In this document: piece after piece, positions 1 through 14,423 of the stretch
Position numbering within the stretch: the first letter of the stretch is position 1
Layout: every line of letters starts with the position of its first letter
Made by a program: the position numbers and the translations under genes
From: Seison nebaliae
Taxonomy: Eukaryota
Direction of reading: 5' to 3'
Assembly (NCBI GenBank): GCA_023231475.1
Contig: JALJEE010001312.1
Span: 1 to 64,000, forward strand
Length of the DNA: 64,000 nt
The notes under the pieces: model-generated
What the model was told of the DNA's origin: nothing
Databases searched by the model: none
The model's input: the letters and a program-made list of their open reading frames with translations, nothing else

Positions 1-330
1 GCTTTATTTCCAATAAAGTTGTGGAATAATTATTCACGAACTATGCATGATCTACCACGTACCAATAATTGTTCGGAAGGACATAATAATACAATAAAGA
101 TCTTTGTGAAAAGTGGTTGCTTAACGATGAACCGTTTCGAAGGAAAATTGACCCAACTCATGAAGAAGGACAGGGTAGAGTATGAGGTGTGGAATAAGAA
201 TGAAAGAATTCGTCGAAGACGAAAGAACATCTTAAGGGATGAGAAATTGAAAAATACGTTGAACAATTTTAATTCAACGTACATCGTCCGATATCTCGAC
301 GACATTCACGAAATTTATCAATTTATATAA
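1..330 (+). mobile_element. C-terminal end of a Mutator/MULE-like transposase (truncated by window edge)
   Basis: WNNY..DLPRTNNCSEGHNN matches the Wxxxx..PRTNNxxEGxxN motif around the catalytic Glu of MULE transposases; AATAAA at ~360; followed by subterminal repeats. Confidence 0.75.
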
Positions 331-420
331 TTTATTTCATATGAATGTATATATGCCTAAATAAATTTAACATTTTCCAGAAATATTCCGTTTGCCGCTT
401 TCTTCAAAAGAACGAACGAT

Positions 421-604
421 AAGAGATTTGGCTACGTTCCAGATCAAGAAAAAATATTTGGCTACATTCGAAGTGAAAAACAAAGATTTGGCTACGTTCC
501 AAATGGAAAAAAAAGATTTGGCTACGCTCCAAATGCAGATAAGAGGTTTGGCTACGTTCCAAATGTTTTTTTTTTAAAAAAATTGATTACATTCCGGTTA
601 CGGG
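421..604. repeat. 30-bp tandem repeat (5 copies plus a degenerate 6th), likely subterminal repeats of the MULE element
   Basis: Core (A/G)TTTGGCTAC(G/A)(T/C)TC in units starting at 421, 451, 481, 511, 541; degenerate ATTGATTACATTCC near 581. Confidence 0.85.
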
Positions 605-2823
605 TTCGATCATTGCTCCAATCGGGTTAACTTGTTATAATAGGTGAACAATCGATTGCAATATCAGGTAAGGGAGAAGAAGTGGCTAAAGAAATTTAAA
701 GTATTTCACTAATAGTTAACAATTACTAAAGGCTACTCTTAGAATGGCGTTACGATAAGTCATGTCAGTTTTCCGGAATTTTCTCTTGTTATAAGTTTCC
801 ACATTTTTGTTCTGTATTCAAGTCTACATATGGCAGTTTAAAAAACTTTTTGAGGTATCAAAATTCTGGAGCCGTGAAAAAATGATGTATAAGATACGAC
901 ACTCTATCGATATTTAGCTATAGAGATTATAATCAATTATTAGTAGCGTATATTAGTTATAGTATTCAACCAATTTGTTGGATGTTTGAAAGTTTAGAAT
1001 GGTCTTTAAACTAAGCCAGTAGAAGGAAAGTAGAATATTATACAATGGTTATAGTCATTAAACGATCAACTGATAGTTATAATTTTTCGACTTATTACAG
1101 ACTTTCCTGCATTGTCTTTGCACAGTCAAAAAAGGTGTGTACTGACAGAATAAATGATTTTATTATGTGGTAAATCCCATAATTTAATACTTACGAAGAA
1201 ACAAAAAATTAGAGATTTCTGTGCTCTATTAAATTTGGATAGTAAATTGAAAAGAAGAGAGTAAATATATTTTATATTTCGATTAATGAATTGTTGCAGG
1301 ATTATTATGAATATGTTTATCGGATTACTTTTTTTTTCATAAAGGTAAAAAAATGTGAATAAATGAAAATTCTGATATCTAAATGTGATAAATTTCAACT
1401 CGTAGTCTGATGTCCTATCAATCTAAACGAACGAAATATAAATCAGTTTGACGTCATTGAAAAAACGAAAAAGAAGCAAATAATACAATTAAACGACAAA
1501 ACAACTTATATATTTTGATTTTCAATATACATCCAAACAAAGTCAAAAAAATAAATGGTCAGATAAAGTTTCTTTTATGAATTTCAAACTGATAATGTTC
1601 TTAAATGGACAATAAAATTTTCGTGAGATAAAATGAATTTACATGTTTTTAGTTTGAAAATGATTTATATCTTTTCATCTTCGAAATTCGGGAAGGATAA
1701 TTCTAAACAATTTTGTTTTCATTCAATTTTTTTTAATGAAAGCGAATTTTGTTATGTCGGGAAATTCGTTTTGTAGAAATTTCAATGTTTTCCGTCTAAC
1801 GACACAGTAGAAACATCATATATTAAAATTTATACGAAATTAATTTTCTTTTTATGATTAATTTCATTTTGCTAATTTTCTTTTACGGAAGAAACATGTT
1901 GTTTCTGTTAAATTAGAGCTGATATCTAATTACCCGGTATATATGAAACAAAAAAAATTCGATGAACTGAAATTGATGTAAGAATTTCACTGTATTTTTG
2001 TCAAATCTTCAACTACTAGTCAATTAGGATAAAAGGAATTCTGTGAAGAGACAGGATATTAAAAAGGAGATTAAGATGAGAATAGAGATTATTTTTTAGG
2101 AAGAATTTGATTAAAATTTTCATATTCTAACCAATATACATATCGGAGACTTGTTAAATTATAATTGATAAATCTCTTTCATTCCTGAGGCACATTTGGT
2201 CAGTTGACTATTGACAAATTTAATTTACATCGAAAATTATTTGAAATTGCAGAGATGCTAAGTTAAAATGGCTAATTTCGTTCAAGCATAATTTTTCGAC
2301 TACAAAGAAGGAATGACGTAAAAAAATCTTTCATGTCGAAGAATTATACAAAATTTAATTGTGAAAATTCGCGTGATAAAATTTTCATCTTTCTCGATAA
2401 GTGGACATGAAAAATAATGCACATTCGTTGGAACGATTAATTGATCTTCCACTTTATATTTGACTACGAAATGTAATTTTTCTCCTTCAGAATATTTTTC
2501 TTACCGATATAATGTCCGTTATCTTATTTTCATCCTCCTACCATACATTATTTATAAGTTTACTTAATATAATTAAAGTTAGTAGATATTAGTCTAGGGT
2601 TATTACAGAAAAACCTTACTTCTTAATTAACCTTATGTATCTACTACTGTCAATATCGACAAAAAAGATTACTGCTAATTATGATTGTTAAACTTCCGTT
2701 CCTAATAAATTTATTTATCAAATATAAAATTATATTTCATTTTCAACATACTTTTGAAAATTAATTTTTCCCTACCATTTCTATTTTTTCTCCAATTTTT
2801 CTTTTCAACTAATAGACAGGAGA

Positions 2824-3981
2824 ATGTGTCGTATAATTTTTGTGAATAATCCTTTGCAATCGTTCAATAATTTACAATCTCAATTTGTTAAATTCGATTG
2901 CGCTAATCCTGAATTCTGCTTTCCACAATTAACCAATTTTAATGAAAATTTCCCGACGGAAGAAAATAACGAGAAAGCATGTTCTTTATTATCCCATTCT
3001 TCGCCATTCGTTAATCAAGATGAAGAAGAGCAATTAAAATCGATAGTAAATGGTTCATCTTTACTGTTACCAAAAAATGAATCTAATTTGAAAGCTGTCA
3101 ATCCAATCGATTGGGAAGAAAGAGAATCGAATGAAGTATCCCCCAAAATTCGTACAACAGAATTTCAAAAAATCTTTCGTAATTCATTTGTACATAAAGC
3201 ATTTTATGTCTGCACATATAATCAGAAGAAGTGTCTCTATTCAACACGTTCGAAGACGAGATTCGAGGAACATGCACGATCTCATTGTGGTTACAAACCA
3301 GTTCGATGTACCATTCCTGGTTGTAAGTATCGGACAGTTCGGGAAGGAGACATGAAAAAACATCTAATTATTCATACGGATATAAAGAATTTTCCTTGTC
3401 CTTATAAAAACTGTAGATTTCGGTTTGTTTTTCTTTCTTCATTTTAATCTTCGTACAATTTTTTATACAGAGCTCGATACCGCCAGGGACTTGTGATTCA
3501 TTTGAGGAAACACACAGGTCATCGACCTTATGTCTGTGAGTTTCCCAATTGTACATCAGCATTCACGCAGCCAGGAAATCTGAAGCGTCATCAAATCATA
3601 CATGCATCTAAAAAGAATCATCATTATTGTTGTAGATATTGTCCCTTTGTCCATCAGAACGAACAAATAATTCATCAACATATTGTTATATGTCCAAATA
3701 TGGTCATATCACAACAAACACAATCAGTCAAACCATATCATATATGTCGAATTTGTAATAAAATCTACAAGACGAAATGTGACTGGATTGACCATTTTCC
3801 CAAATGTAGCAAATCTATTAATAATTTGGAAGATTCAGGTATTGATGATACATCGACAATATCGACAGACATGGATAACTCACGACGAACCTCTCGACAA
3901 ATGGAAGAGTGTGAAGAAAAGAAGTTGTTTATCCCATTTAAGAAACGTATATTAAATGAGTATCTTAATAGTATCAAATGA
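2824..3981 (+). CDS. C2H2 zinc-finger transcription factor, 2 exons (intron 3423-3470)
   Basis: Multiple Cx2-4C..Hx3H fingers with HCGYKP/HTDIKNFP/HTGHRPY linkers; a 48-nt GTTTGT..ACAG intron joins CPYKNCRFR to ARYRQGLVIHLRKH in frame. Confidence 0.9.
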
Positions 3982-4538
3982 AAATTCCTTCACTTTCATA
4001 ATTGAACGAAACTAAAGAAGTTTATTTAAAAGTTGTTTTTTGAAAATTTCTGAATTTAATCCGATATCTATTATTATTTCTTGTGATTTGTCATTTCTAT
4101 AATAGAAATTCTATTAAGTCTACTCTCACCTTTCTTTATATATTATTGAGTTTTGTATCTTTTTGACAATTTTGTTTCTCATTCGCATTACTGCTACAAA
4201 TACTTTCATTTCATCATAACATATTCTTTTCCCGAAAAACTTGCATCATCGATTTCTATGAATTTGAAAATCAATCTATGAGATTTTAAAAATAATTAGG
4301 AGTGTCTAAAGTAAACTATCGATGCTTTTATCAAATTATTTTAGTTTCAAAATCAAACATTTTACGATTTCCCAATAAAATTTATATCAATAAAAAAATT
4401 CGTATTTATTAAAATTTTTTCTGTTATTACTTAATTTCGATAGTTTTAATATTATTCATTTCATATAGAAAGCAAAACAAATTGAGTGGTAAGTTGAGAA
4501 TGTGCTTTCCGTCATCTAACTATGACGTAGGAATGTGT

Positions 4539-6374
4539 TTACATTATCGAACATTGACACATCGCTTCAATGATATCCCTCGGCGATTCTTCGAATGTCT
4601 GAAATTTCTTTGTAGAAACATCTTCAAACTTCTTATCTGAATTTGCTTGCATACTTCCGCTTGGTTCATTTGCTTTTCCATTAAACTTTAATTTTTTACG
4701 ACGAAAACTCGAATATTTCTTAATAAATGATTGTTTCGTATCTTTATCTCGACGTTGAGTATGTGTATCGCAATCGAAATGTAATTTCGATGGTTTGAAT
4801 TGTTTTGTTAATTGGATTGTTCTACGAAAGAAGATTGGTAGTAAGTTATGAAGGTCAGGTATGAAATTGTCTTTTGATAAAGCCAATTGAGCAAAGACAC
4901 TAATCTCTTTCGCAGGAATATACCATGGCGCTAAAAATAAGAGACCAGTAAATACATTGACAACTGATGAATATGAATGGCAATCACAGAGAACATGTTC
5001 CACATTGGCGAAGCCGCTGTTGATAAGAATTTCCAATGCCATTTTCGATGATGTTAATTTTTGATGATTATCATTATTTGAATTGGTTTTGATGGAACAA
5101 GCCGTATATATGTCACGATCATTCATAAATATCTGCGGCATATCTGTATTATCTTGCTTTTTGATTTGAGAGGACCATTTAAATTCTTTTGTTACTGCTG
5201 ATTCTTTATTTTCATTAATTTGCATAATATCAGAATGGAGACTACTTTGTCGTTTTAATAATAAATTTTTTGTTCGATTAAATGGTTTAGTACCCAAATC
5301 TTTTGAAAGATGACGAACATAAGGATTCTCAATATCTTTATTCTCAGGAGAAATCTGATAAATATTTTCGACTAAATCAAATTTATTACCTACAAGCAAA
5401 ATAGGTAAAGTGGCAGCATCCAAATTATCACGACCTTCTTTGATCTCTTTCAAATAATTGTTAATAACGTCTAATGTGGAAGAATCTTCCAACGAATAAA
5501 CTAGAAGGAATGCATCTGCTTCGTTAATCGATATTCGTCTCATTGCGGGAAATTCGTTAGTTCCAGACATATCAACTAACTCGATGTAAAGTGATTCATT
5601 ACAAACGAATGTCGATGGAATAAATGGACTGTCATTGGCTGATCGTTTATTACGTGATGCACAAGTTCCAAAATGAAAATCGAATTTATAAATATCATCT
5701 TGTTGTGTCTCGAGATAATGTTCAACAAAGTTTTGAAAGAAGAATTGATGAAATAAACTCGTCTTTCCCACTTGACTCGCTCCCATGATGACGATCTTAT
5801 ATCTCTGTTGTGGGACTTGATCTTGAGACAAGGATGATAATATATTTTTCATCATAATAGTCGTATCTGATCCTAAATAATGAAATATGTTTTTATTGTC
5901 CATGTCTTTGTCTGATAGTGCAGCAGCATTTTTTTCCGTCGACAAATGACTCACAACCGACCGTTCGTTAATGGGATTGGTGGCAGATGTTAAGCCAACA
6001 TTCTTGTCATCTACTGTGGTCAATACTTGATTTCTTGGAGGATACATATTCTGTTTCCTTCTGCCACGTTTAGCATTAAATGATGAATTAAATCGACGAG
6101 AAAAGCTTTTGGTCATACCATTCTCCTTTGTGACTTGGAGAGATGAGTGTATAATCGATTTAGGAGAAGACGATTGAACAGTAAATGATTCTGCTTCTTT
6201 CGTTTCATACGACGTCGATGATGTTGATGAGATTACTGTAGTCGATATGGGTACTGTTGTTGTTGTTGTTGTTAATGTGGATGAGCAATTATTGCTGTTG
6301 TCAAGCAATTTTGTATTGAATTTGAGCATACTAGACAAGAGGGTATTTGCCTGCTCATCGGTGGTCGTTGTCAT
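4539..6374 (-). CDS. RASD/Rhes(Dexras)-like Ras-family GTPase with long extensions
   Basis: G1 GASQVGKT, G3 DMSG followed by FPAMRRISI (RASD/DIRAS signature), G4 NKFD, C-terminal CAAX CSIM. Confidence 0.8.
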   Translation of the reverse strand: MTTTTDEQANTLLSSMLKFNTKLLDNSNNCSSTLTTTTTTVPISTTVISSTSSTSYETKEAESFTVQSSSPKSIIHSSLQVTKENGMTKSFSRRFNSSFNAKRGRRKQNMYPPRNQVLTTVDDKNVGLTSATNPINERSVVSHLSTEKNAAALSDKDMDNKNIFHYLGSDTTIMMKNILSSLSQDQVPQQRYKIVIMGASQVGKTSLFHQFFFQNFVEHYLETQQDDIYKFDFHFGTCASRNKRSANDSPFIPSTFVCNESLYIELVDMSGTNEFPAMRRISINEADAFLLVYSLEDSSTLDVINNYLKEIKEGRDNLDAATLPILLVGNKFDLVENIYQISPENKDIENPYVRHLSKDLGTKPFNRTKNLLLKRQSSLHSDIMQINENKESAVTKEFKWSSQIKKQDNTDMPQIFMNDRDIYTACSIKTNSNNDNHQKLTSSKMALEILINSGFANVEHVLCDCHSYSSVVNVFTGLLFLAPWYIPAKEISVFAQLALSKDNFIPDLHNLLPIFFRRTIQLTKQFKPSKLHFDCDTHTQRRDKDTKQSFIKKYSSFRRKKLKFNGKANEPSGSMQANSDKKFEDVSTKKFQTFEESPRDIIEAMCQCSIM

Positions 6375-9300
6375 ATTTGCTTATCCGCTTCAATGGAGAG
6401 ATGAATTAATTTCGTGAAAATCGGAAAATTCTAGATAAGAATATTAAAAATCTTTCGATAATAGAAGAAGAAGAAGAAGCAGAAGAGCAAAATGAGGACA
6501 AAAAAATTAAAGTTACACAATTTATTAATAGTCTTACATTGAACAATAACAACATTTAGAATAATATTAATAATAATCATTCTTTCTATTAACATATCCT
6601 ACAAGATAATAATATATTTGAAACATTTTATTGATATTAGGCATCTGGTGATGATTAGAATGATGATGATATCTTCTCGAGAAAGAATTGCTTCTTCTAT
6701 GAATATCATAAGATGTCGAACGATCTCAATAATTCTGATAATACAAAATTACATATTTTACATTTAGCTAACTACCATTAAATATCTTGCCAATGAAAGA
6801 AGAAAAAAAAAATGTAATTTCGTTTTAACACTCCGAAATCATCACTCGATATATCTCGAAAGATTCTCAATATCAAAAAAATAAAATCTCTATTAAAAAT
6901 TCATATTTAGGGAAATTAAGTAAATTAATAAAATTGTTTTATTATGTCCTCATCTCGATAAAATAAGGAATTGTCCTAAGAACATCGAGAAAATAAGTCT
7001 TATACAATTGATTCGTTGATTTTTTTATTTCCATCCGTTGTTCCGATTCCATCATTTTATTTATCGTTGAAATGATTATACAATGTTAATTTGTTGGTTG
7101 GAAGTATTGCATGAAAGAAGAATGAGTGAATGAATTATATTTCAATTCTCTCTTTCAAAACATAAAAAATGTAGAGATTTCTAACATCTCCCATTTTCTC
7201 TACTCTCCCTCACTCCGAATAGAACACTTCCCGTTAAAACATACTATTATGTGTATATTATAATTAACGATAAAAGATTTAAAGGAATCGAATCCGTTAT
7301 AAATTTCACTGTATAATAATATCAAATTACTTCAATTAGTCAGTAAGTATTCCTTTGAAAATAAACTTAGGAGTGCTCCGCCAACTAACTCGTATTTAAG
7401 AAAGGTAATCTCCTAATATCTTCCATTCCCCTCAACCTAATAGATTATCTTCATCAAATCATCTTGTAAATCTTTCGAGAATTGGAAAGGAGAAAATGAG
7501 AGAAAATATAATTCATTTCATCTGTTAAGAGATTGTAAGAGATGTGTCATGTTATCCATGTCTATTCTCCCATAGCTAATGTGGAGATGATGGAAAATGT
7601 TTTCAATGCAATGTTGATAGTTTACTATTGAGAATGAATTAAATCAATGCATCATCATACACTTATTCATTATCAAACAATCCAACATATTCTTCCCATA
7701 TTTGTCATTCCTTCTTCTCTCATAACTGCACCATTTTCTAAACGACAATCAGATGGAATGTTAATAAATACGAAATGATAATAAAAAAGTCTCACCATTT
7801 CCTCATTTACGGCGATGACGAATTGACATTATGTTTGATTAAATCTGTGAAAATAATGATAGAAACAATGATGGGAAACATCATTAGTCTAACTTACATT
7901 TTTATATTTACTATATGAGACATTACATCATCTTGCATTAAAACAAACCATTCTTTGATATTCAGTAATGTGACAATTTTGTTTTTTAGGGACATAATTA
8001 TCGTTGTAACTCATTTGTCTTTTCTTCGAAGCTAATCACGTTAATAATAGAATCGTTATATCATTATCTACTTTACATCCTATAATAGGCAAACCGAAGT
8101 AAATACTTTTCACAATTTATATACCTCTCAAAATGACCATAATAGTTATAAAAAAATTAACAACTTCCACTGCTATCTATTGTTTTTCCTTTCATTCCGA
8201 ACGAAATTACTGATCCATATTTCTAGTTTCTAATTCGTTCGTTTTCCTATTTTTCTTCTCATCAAATTCATGTAATTTGAAGTTATTCAATCATATTTTT
8301 CCACCTGAGATATTAACAAACTATCCTTCGAAAACATTCTCCATGCAATATTTAGTCTTTTGACTATCCTTCAAATTTTTCATGAGAATTCCCTCACGAG
8401 ATTTAGTTGACACAAAAACCAACTTCTTATAATCTCAAATTAATTTTGAAATTCCTTATAAAAATATTGACGAATCGTCTTTCCATCGTTCCTGAGATTT
8501 TTAAAGAGCAAAAATAATTTTTCTTTATCAAATAAATATTCGATTTCTAAAATTTAATAGATCTCGTTCAATTTGGTCGAAATGCAGAACACAATAATTT
8601 CAATTGTTCACAAATTGTCCACTGTTACTTCTCTGTATCGAAGAAAAAAATGAAAACGAAATGTTGAAAGTTTGGGAAATGCAGAGAAAATTGTTGAACG
8701 AAATTCGTAAACTTTCCGTTGATGCATACTTGTATGTAATGCATTGAACTTACATAAAATATTTGGTTTGTCATTGAATAATTATTGCACATGTCAGGTC
8801 AATATTGTTACTTCTCCATCTTCGATCAACTTCTGAACATATAATCTGCAATTGATGCCATACTACGCTGCCATAGAGAAGGAAAACCATTTCCAATTTC
8901 TAACATAATCACCAATCCAAAAAAAAATTCAAAAAAGAAAATCGAAAAACTTCATAATAACAAGTCATCACTAGTCAAGTATTAATTATAAACAAACAAA
9001 AAGAAACTTCTTTCTTTGGAGGAGGAAATTTTTCGTTCTTTTGGTGTAAAAAAATACAAAAATCTAATTTTCTCGTGACTAACAAGAACAAGTGCAGCAT
9101 CAATGCAAAACAGACAAAATCAATTTATCAAATTATTTATTCTCCAGAAATTTTAACTAATGTTGTTTGAGAAGTAAATAGAGGGAATTATATTTTGATT
9201 TATCAGAAAATTGACATTTTCCTCCTCTCAAAATACACTTTAACATATTTGAAAGTTACATAACTAAAATATTAAGAAATTTCCTCCTATTTTGTTAAAA

Positions 9301-9580
9301 TCAAAATTACTTCATTATTTCCGTTCGCGAGTAAAGTTAACGGATGAATATAAGATTGTTAATTTTTTTTATGGGAAATATTCGTTTAAAAAGTTTATGG
9401 GAAAATGAATAAGGAGAAATAAAATGATTGATTTAATTGTTCAATAAGATTTGGTAAAAAAATTTTGGATGAAATAGGTAAATATTGGAAAAAGAACGGA
9501 AATGTTCTCCTTGATCGAAAAATGAAATTGAAAAAAATGTTTTACCAGAAATTCTGCTTTCAATTCACAAGGTTTGCTTT

Positions 9581-12150
9581 TCATGAATCGGCAAATTTAT
9601 CGTTGCTATCGGAGGATGAACGATGATGAATGTCGTTCTTGTTGTTGTGGTGATTGTTTTTCATATTTTCTTCTTTTATTCTTTTCTTCTCAGACACAAT
9701 TCGTAGATTAAGAGCATAATTCTATGAAATTCAATGAGAATAATTATATTTGACCAGTCAATCAAGCTTAGTAAGGAAAATAAACTTCAATCATATTTAC
9801 TGATAAGAAACGAAATCTTTTCTCCAATTCATTCATTGTCGTTGACATTTCTAACTTTTCTAACAACGACGATGATTTCATGTCATTCCTACAATTTTTA
9901 TTATTAGTAAAGAAAAGTTAAATGGAAAAGATTTGGAAATGTATTTTCGTAAGAATTATAACCTATAAGAAAGTCGAATATTCTTCGAAAAACAAATTAG
10001 TAATCTCTTCTCATTTACTAATTTCATTTTCCTTAAATTCTCATACTTACTCCCAATATCCTGATATTTTGCACGAAATTGACTTGCTTGTTGTTCCAAC
10101 CTCTTCAACTTGAATTTTAACTCTTGCATCTGTCCCAATAATCGAGGTATGGCAGTTTTTCGATGGAATTGCACGAATGAACTGAACAATTGTTGTTGTT
10201 GTTCTTCTGATCCCCGTCCAAAATATGATAACGGAAATAATTTAGAATCGGAATTACTAGAAAATAATAAATTAAAATATTAAATTAATGTGAAAGAAAC
10301 CAATGACGACGAAGAAAAAGTTTCAGATCTTTAGTAATTAATAGAATAGTGGATGAGTATTGATTAGGAAATATAGTTAATCCGATTAATGTATTTTGAT
10401 GATTCAATGAAATTTGCATTAAGGAATTGATAGTTGAAGGCATAAATTTCGGATAATAATCAACATGGTTTAGTTTAATATCGAAATTCTGATTATTCTC
10501 ATACGAAATTTGCTGGGATAATTTCTCTCGAACTTTTCCCAATTGACTAAAATAATTGACATTAATTGCAATGAGATTACCATTAAGGAAAGCATAATAT
10601 GAATTGAGATTACTCAGATTTCTCATTAATATGACTCGATTGTTGGAAACATGCCCAACGATCTCCTTCGACTCAATAACTGCTAAATAAGAATTAAATG
10701 TCTTCTCAATTATTACGAATGAATGAAATATCATTGACGATGTAATTTTCGATGGATCGATATGAGGAGTAACAATGGCAATTGCCAAATTATCATTCGG
10801 ATTACCTAGAGCGATAATACCAATCGCTTCTTCATCACCATAATTATTATCATTATTTTCCGGTTTCCATAGTAACGGACCAAAAATTTTTTTTCTAGGA
10901 CAAAATCGATTTCTGTCGTCCTCCACAATTACACCATTGGACATTGATGTTGGTAAATCACCGACATCAACATCACTCTGTATATATTCATCTTCCTTCG
11001 CCAATAACTGTAAGATATACACGTCGCAAGACGAGGTGAGAATGTAGAGAGGATGTCGAATTTTTTCGATCGAATTCTCCACCACCATTCGTCCACAACC
11101 AACATCAAATGAGATACAAGACGAGTCAACTGCTGAAAATGAATGTTCGATATCATTCGTCTTCGTTTTTAAACAATTACATTCGGTCACTTCATCGCAA
11201 CAAGAGAAATTGGTAGATATTAGACTATTCTGTTCGACACAAGTACCATCGTCACAGGTGAGGAAACCATCAGATAATTGAGATAGACAACTAGTTGTTG
11301 TCTCTTGTGAATTTTGTCGATATATCGATTCACCAAAAAGATCTTGTTCTTTATTTTGTAAAGATTCTTTCTTTGTCGAAATATCGATGACAACACCGGA
11401 AGTCGTATATTTAATCAATTCCATATCATTATCTGGTGTAGTGGATCTTGAAAAAGAGACTGGTTGAACATTTGAATTGATCAATTGAGAGAGATTAATA
11501 TAATGAAAGCATCGGAATAAATGATCGTCAACATTCTTTCCATAAATATGTAATTGATTACAATTTATTCGAATAATCAGATATAATGTCGGATAGTTAA
11601 TCAGTTGAGATTGAAACGATTTGATGTCATTAATGTTTAGTGAAGTATCAGTTAGATCGAGTTGTAAGATTGTTTCACCATTTCGTATTTGTCCCGTAGT
11701 AGATTCGTGGTTGAGATTGAAAACATTAACTATCTTCTTCCCGTAAACACAAATTGACGATCCATTTAAATGGTTCGAATCGACAACATACAAGATCTTA
11801 TCATAACGATCGCCTTCTAACAAATTGACGGTGAATGACTTCTTAAATAGATTCTTCCACAAATTGAGAGATGTCTCAAAATTCCGAATAGATTGATGAT
11901 GCGCTTGAAAATTCTTAAGATTCTCCTCTAATAACTTCACTGAAATCGAATAAATCGCATTTTCGTTTCTACTGAAAATGTAAAGGAATTTCTCATCAGA
12001 AACAACCATTCCATTAGTGTCATGCCAAATCCGTGTATCTTTATCCTCATTCTCTCCATTCTCAATAACTTCACCTATATCGATTGATGACGATTCTAAT
12101 AAATCTTCGATATCATCTTTAGATACTTGAAGAATATCAGACGAATCCAT
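9581..12150 (-). CDS. NUP88: Nup88-like nucleoporin, 4 exons (introns 10257-10300, 9889-9962, 9722-9785)
   Basis: SFDVG, PLYIL and KIFGPLLWKPENNDNNYGDE resemble Nup88 propeller motifs (FDFG, PLYIL, GPLxMxP..DNYG); C-terminal coiled coil; GT-AG introns keep frame to TGA at 9581. Last exon is less certain. Confidence 0.65.
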
Positions 12151-14423
12151 TCGAAATTTTTTTCTTTTAAATAAATTTCTTTCAACAACTAAATTTTTAT
12201 TTTAAATTCATCTAAAAGATTGAGGACATGCAGTGCCTTTACTAAATAATTTGAAAAATTAAAGACTCACAAGTATTAGGTAAAATTTAATTCTTCAGTT
12301 CTATGTTTAAAATAATGTCTTTCACTCCCTCTCCTTTTTTTGATTACTAACATAATTAAATGATTCAAATAAAAATAAGTTATTATTTCCGTTTTTAATT
12401 ATTTAGCTCACAACAACCAACAAAATTTACTAAACTTAAAATTTTAAATTTAAATAAATATAACTTATTTTCTTTTCAATTGATATAAAGAATATATTTT
12501 GCTTTTGTTAAATCGATATAGAAAACAATTTCTTTTCGCCCGTCACAATTCGCCGTCGAATGGGTTTCATTCGAATGATATTGAATTTATCTAATATTTA
12601 TTTACTAATATTCAATTATCTAATGATACGATGTATAATGATTCTAGAAAAAATACTCTATTTATTATTATCTGTCTTTATTTTAATTCTTATATTTTTT
12701 TAAATAGACAGTCCGTCGGTGGTAGCCATAATTTTAATTTATGTTTTGTCTATAAGTAAATTACATTTGTACAATCATTTGTTGTTATCACTCTAACTTG
12801 TTCTCCCTTCATCCTAACATACATTTAGTTGATAGGTAGCAACATTCATCTTCTCTCCATCATCTTGTGCATTGGAAGAAATAATCGATATATTAATTCT
12901 AATTTTCTTCTTTACATTCAAAGAACCCATATTCCACAAATAGATAATATAATTTAATTAAACTTCCAAATTCTATGGAGACTAATTTCTTTCAAAACTT
13001 TTTATCCGTGGGACAATAATGTTGAAAATAGAATGAGTTTGGTGCAAATTCTTTATCACTCACTCGTCGTTCTAATAGGATTATCTGTTAAGAAGAATTA
13101 TTTTACTTCTTAATAAGCTAATTTGGGGAAATGTTACTCGTAAGGATTGAGAGACAGATATACTCCCTTATGAGCTTTCGTCTCATTTAGAAGAAAAACT
13201 GATATGTCTACATCTTTTTACGCCAAATTGATATACTGTTTTTTCAAAATTTTCAAACAGATATATTCCTTTTTTTAAATACTTAACGAATAAAATAATT
13301 AGAAAAAACGATTGAGTCGTTTTAATATTATTCTATGTAATAAAATATTATCTAAAAATTAAAACTATTACGTAGTGAAGATCTTATTTAGTTAAGGTTT
13401 TATTTCCACTTTTATCTATGGTTCAGAAAAAAACAGAAAGAATAATTTTATAAATGATGACATTGGTATGCGATTGTAATGTGAAAATGAAATGTTCATG
13501 TACATTGTTGTGAAGCGGTCAGGTGGCATTTAAAAAATACTGATTGTAGGATTGTTTATGGATTGTTACTCTCTTCTACAACTATATTATTTATTTTAGA
13601 TAAATAATTTTTCACTAAAACGACATTTTATAATTGAATACATTTTAGTTCCAACTGGATATTTATAAACATTTTTAGATATTTTTTTCGCTCAACTTTT
13701 CTAGAATTTTTTTTGTTTTCTATTGTTGATACATGTTCACAAATTGTTTATTTTTTAATTTTCTCAATTTCTCTCAAATGTTATTATTATGTATCACAAT
13801 CATTATGATTATGTTAAATGTTTTTACAACAGATTCTGTTGGACAGAAACGCGATAATGCAACATATATATTATATTCTTTTTCGGAAGAGAATACTATT
13901 TGACTACCATATTTTGAGTTCCTTTAGCATCGCCAGCCTAGAATGATGAAGTTTATTCTGAATCTGATGCAGTCGCAGATAACAAGTCAGCAAAACGAAA
14001 TTGCATAAGTGACAAAATCCAATTTCTAATTCTATTTTATCTTCAGTATATTGTATTTTAGATAAATTTATTTGCTTCCACGATGTTGATGCTTGCAGCT
14101 AAGTTTTAAATCATTTTATTCTTCTGAAAAAGTTCAATTAAATTTAAATAATTTAATTAAAAGACCATAATTGAGACGATAATTTCTTTGCTTGGGATAA
14201 TTATTACCCAAGATATAATTTTTCTTTTAAAATCTAATTTAAAATTTTAATGTTTATCTTCTTTGTTTGTTAGATTTAAAAAAAGAACATTTGTTAAAAA
14301 AATTCCCAAAGATATCTTATTCACAATTGTTCATAACCAATCATATGTACGTATATGTAGATCTGTTCGATAGAGAAGTACGTATATGAAATTGGAAAAA
14401 TTAGAAAGTATAAAAGTGAAATA

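Noticed and set aside
421..570. CRISPR-like repeat-spacer array
   Set aside because: Linkers are only ~12 bp and similar to each other, the context is eukaryotic, there are no cas genes, and a transposase end is adjacent.
392..577. ORF with DLATFQ repeats
   Set aside because: By-product of the 30-bp repeat; starts at TTG.
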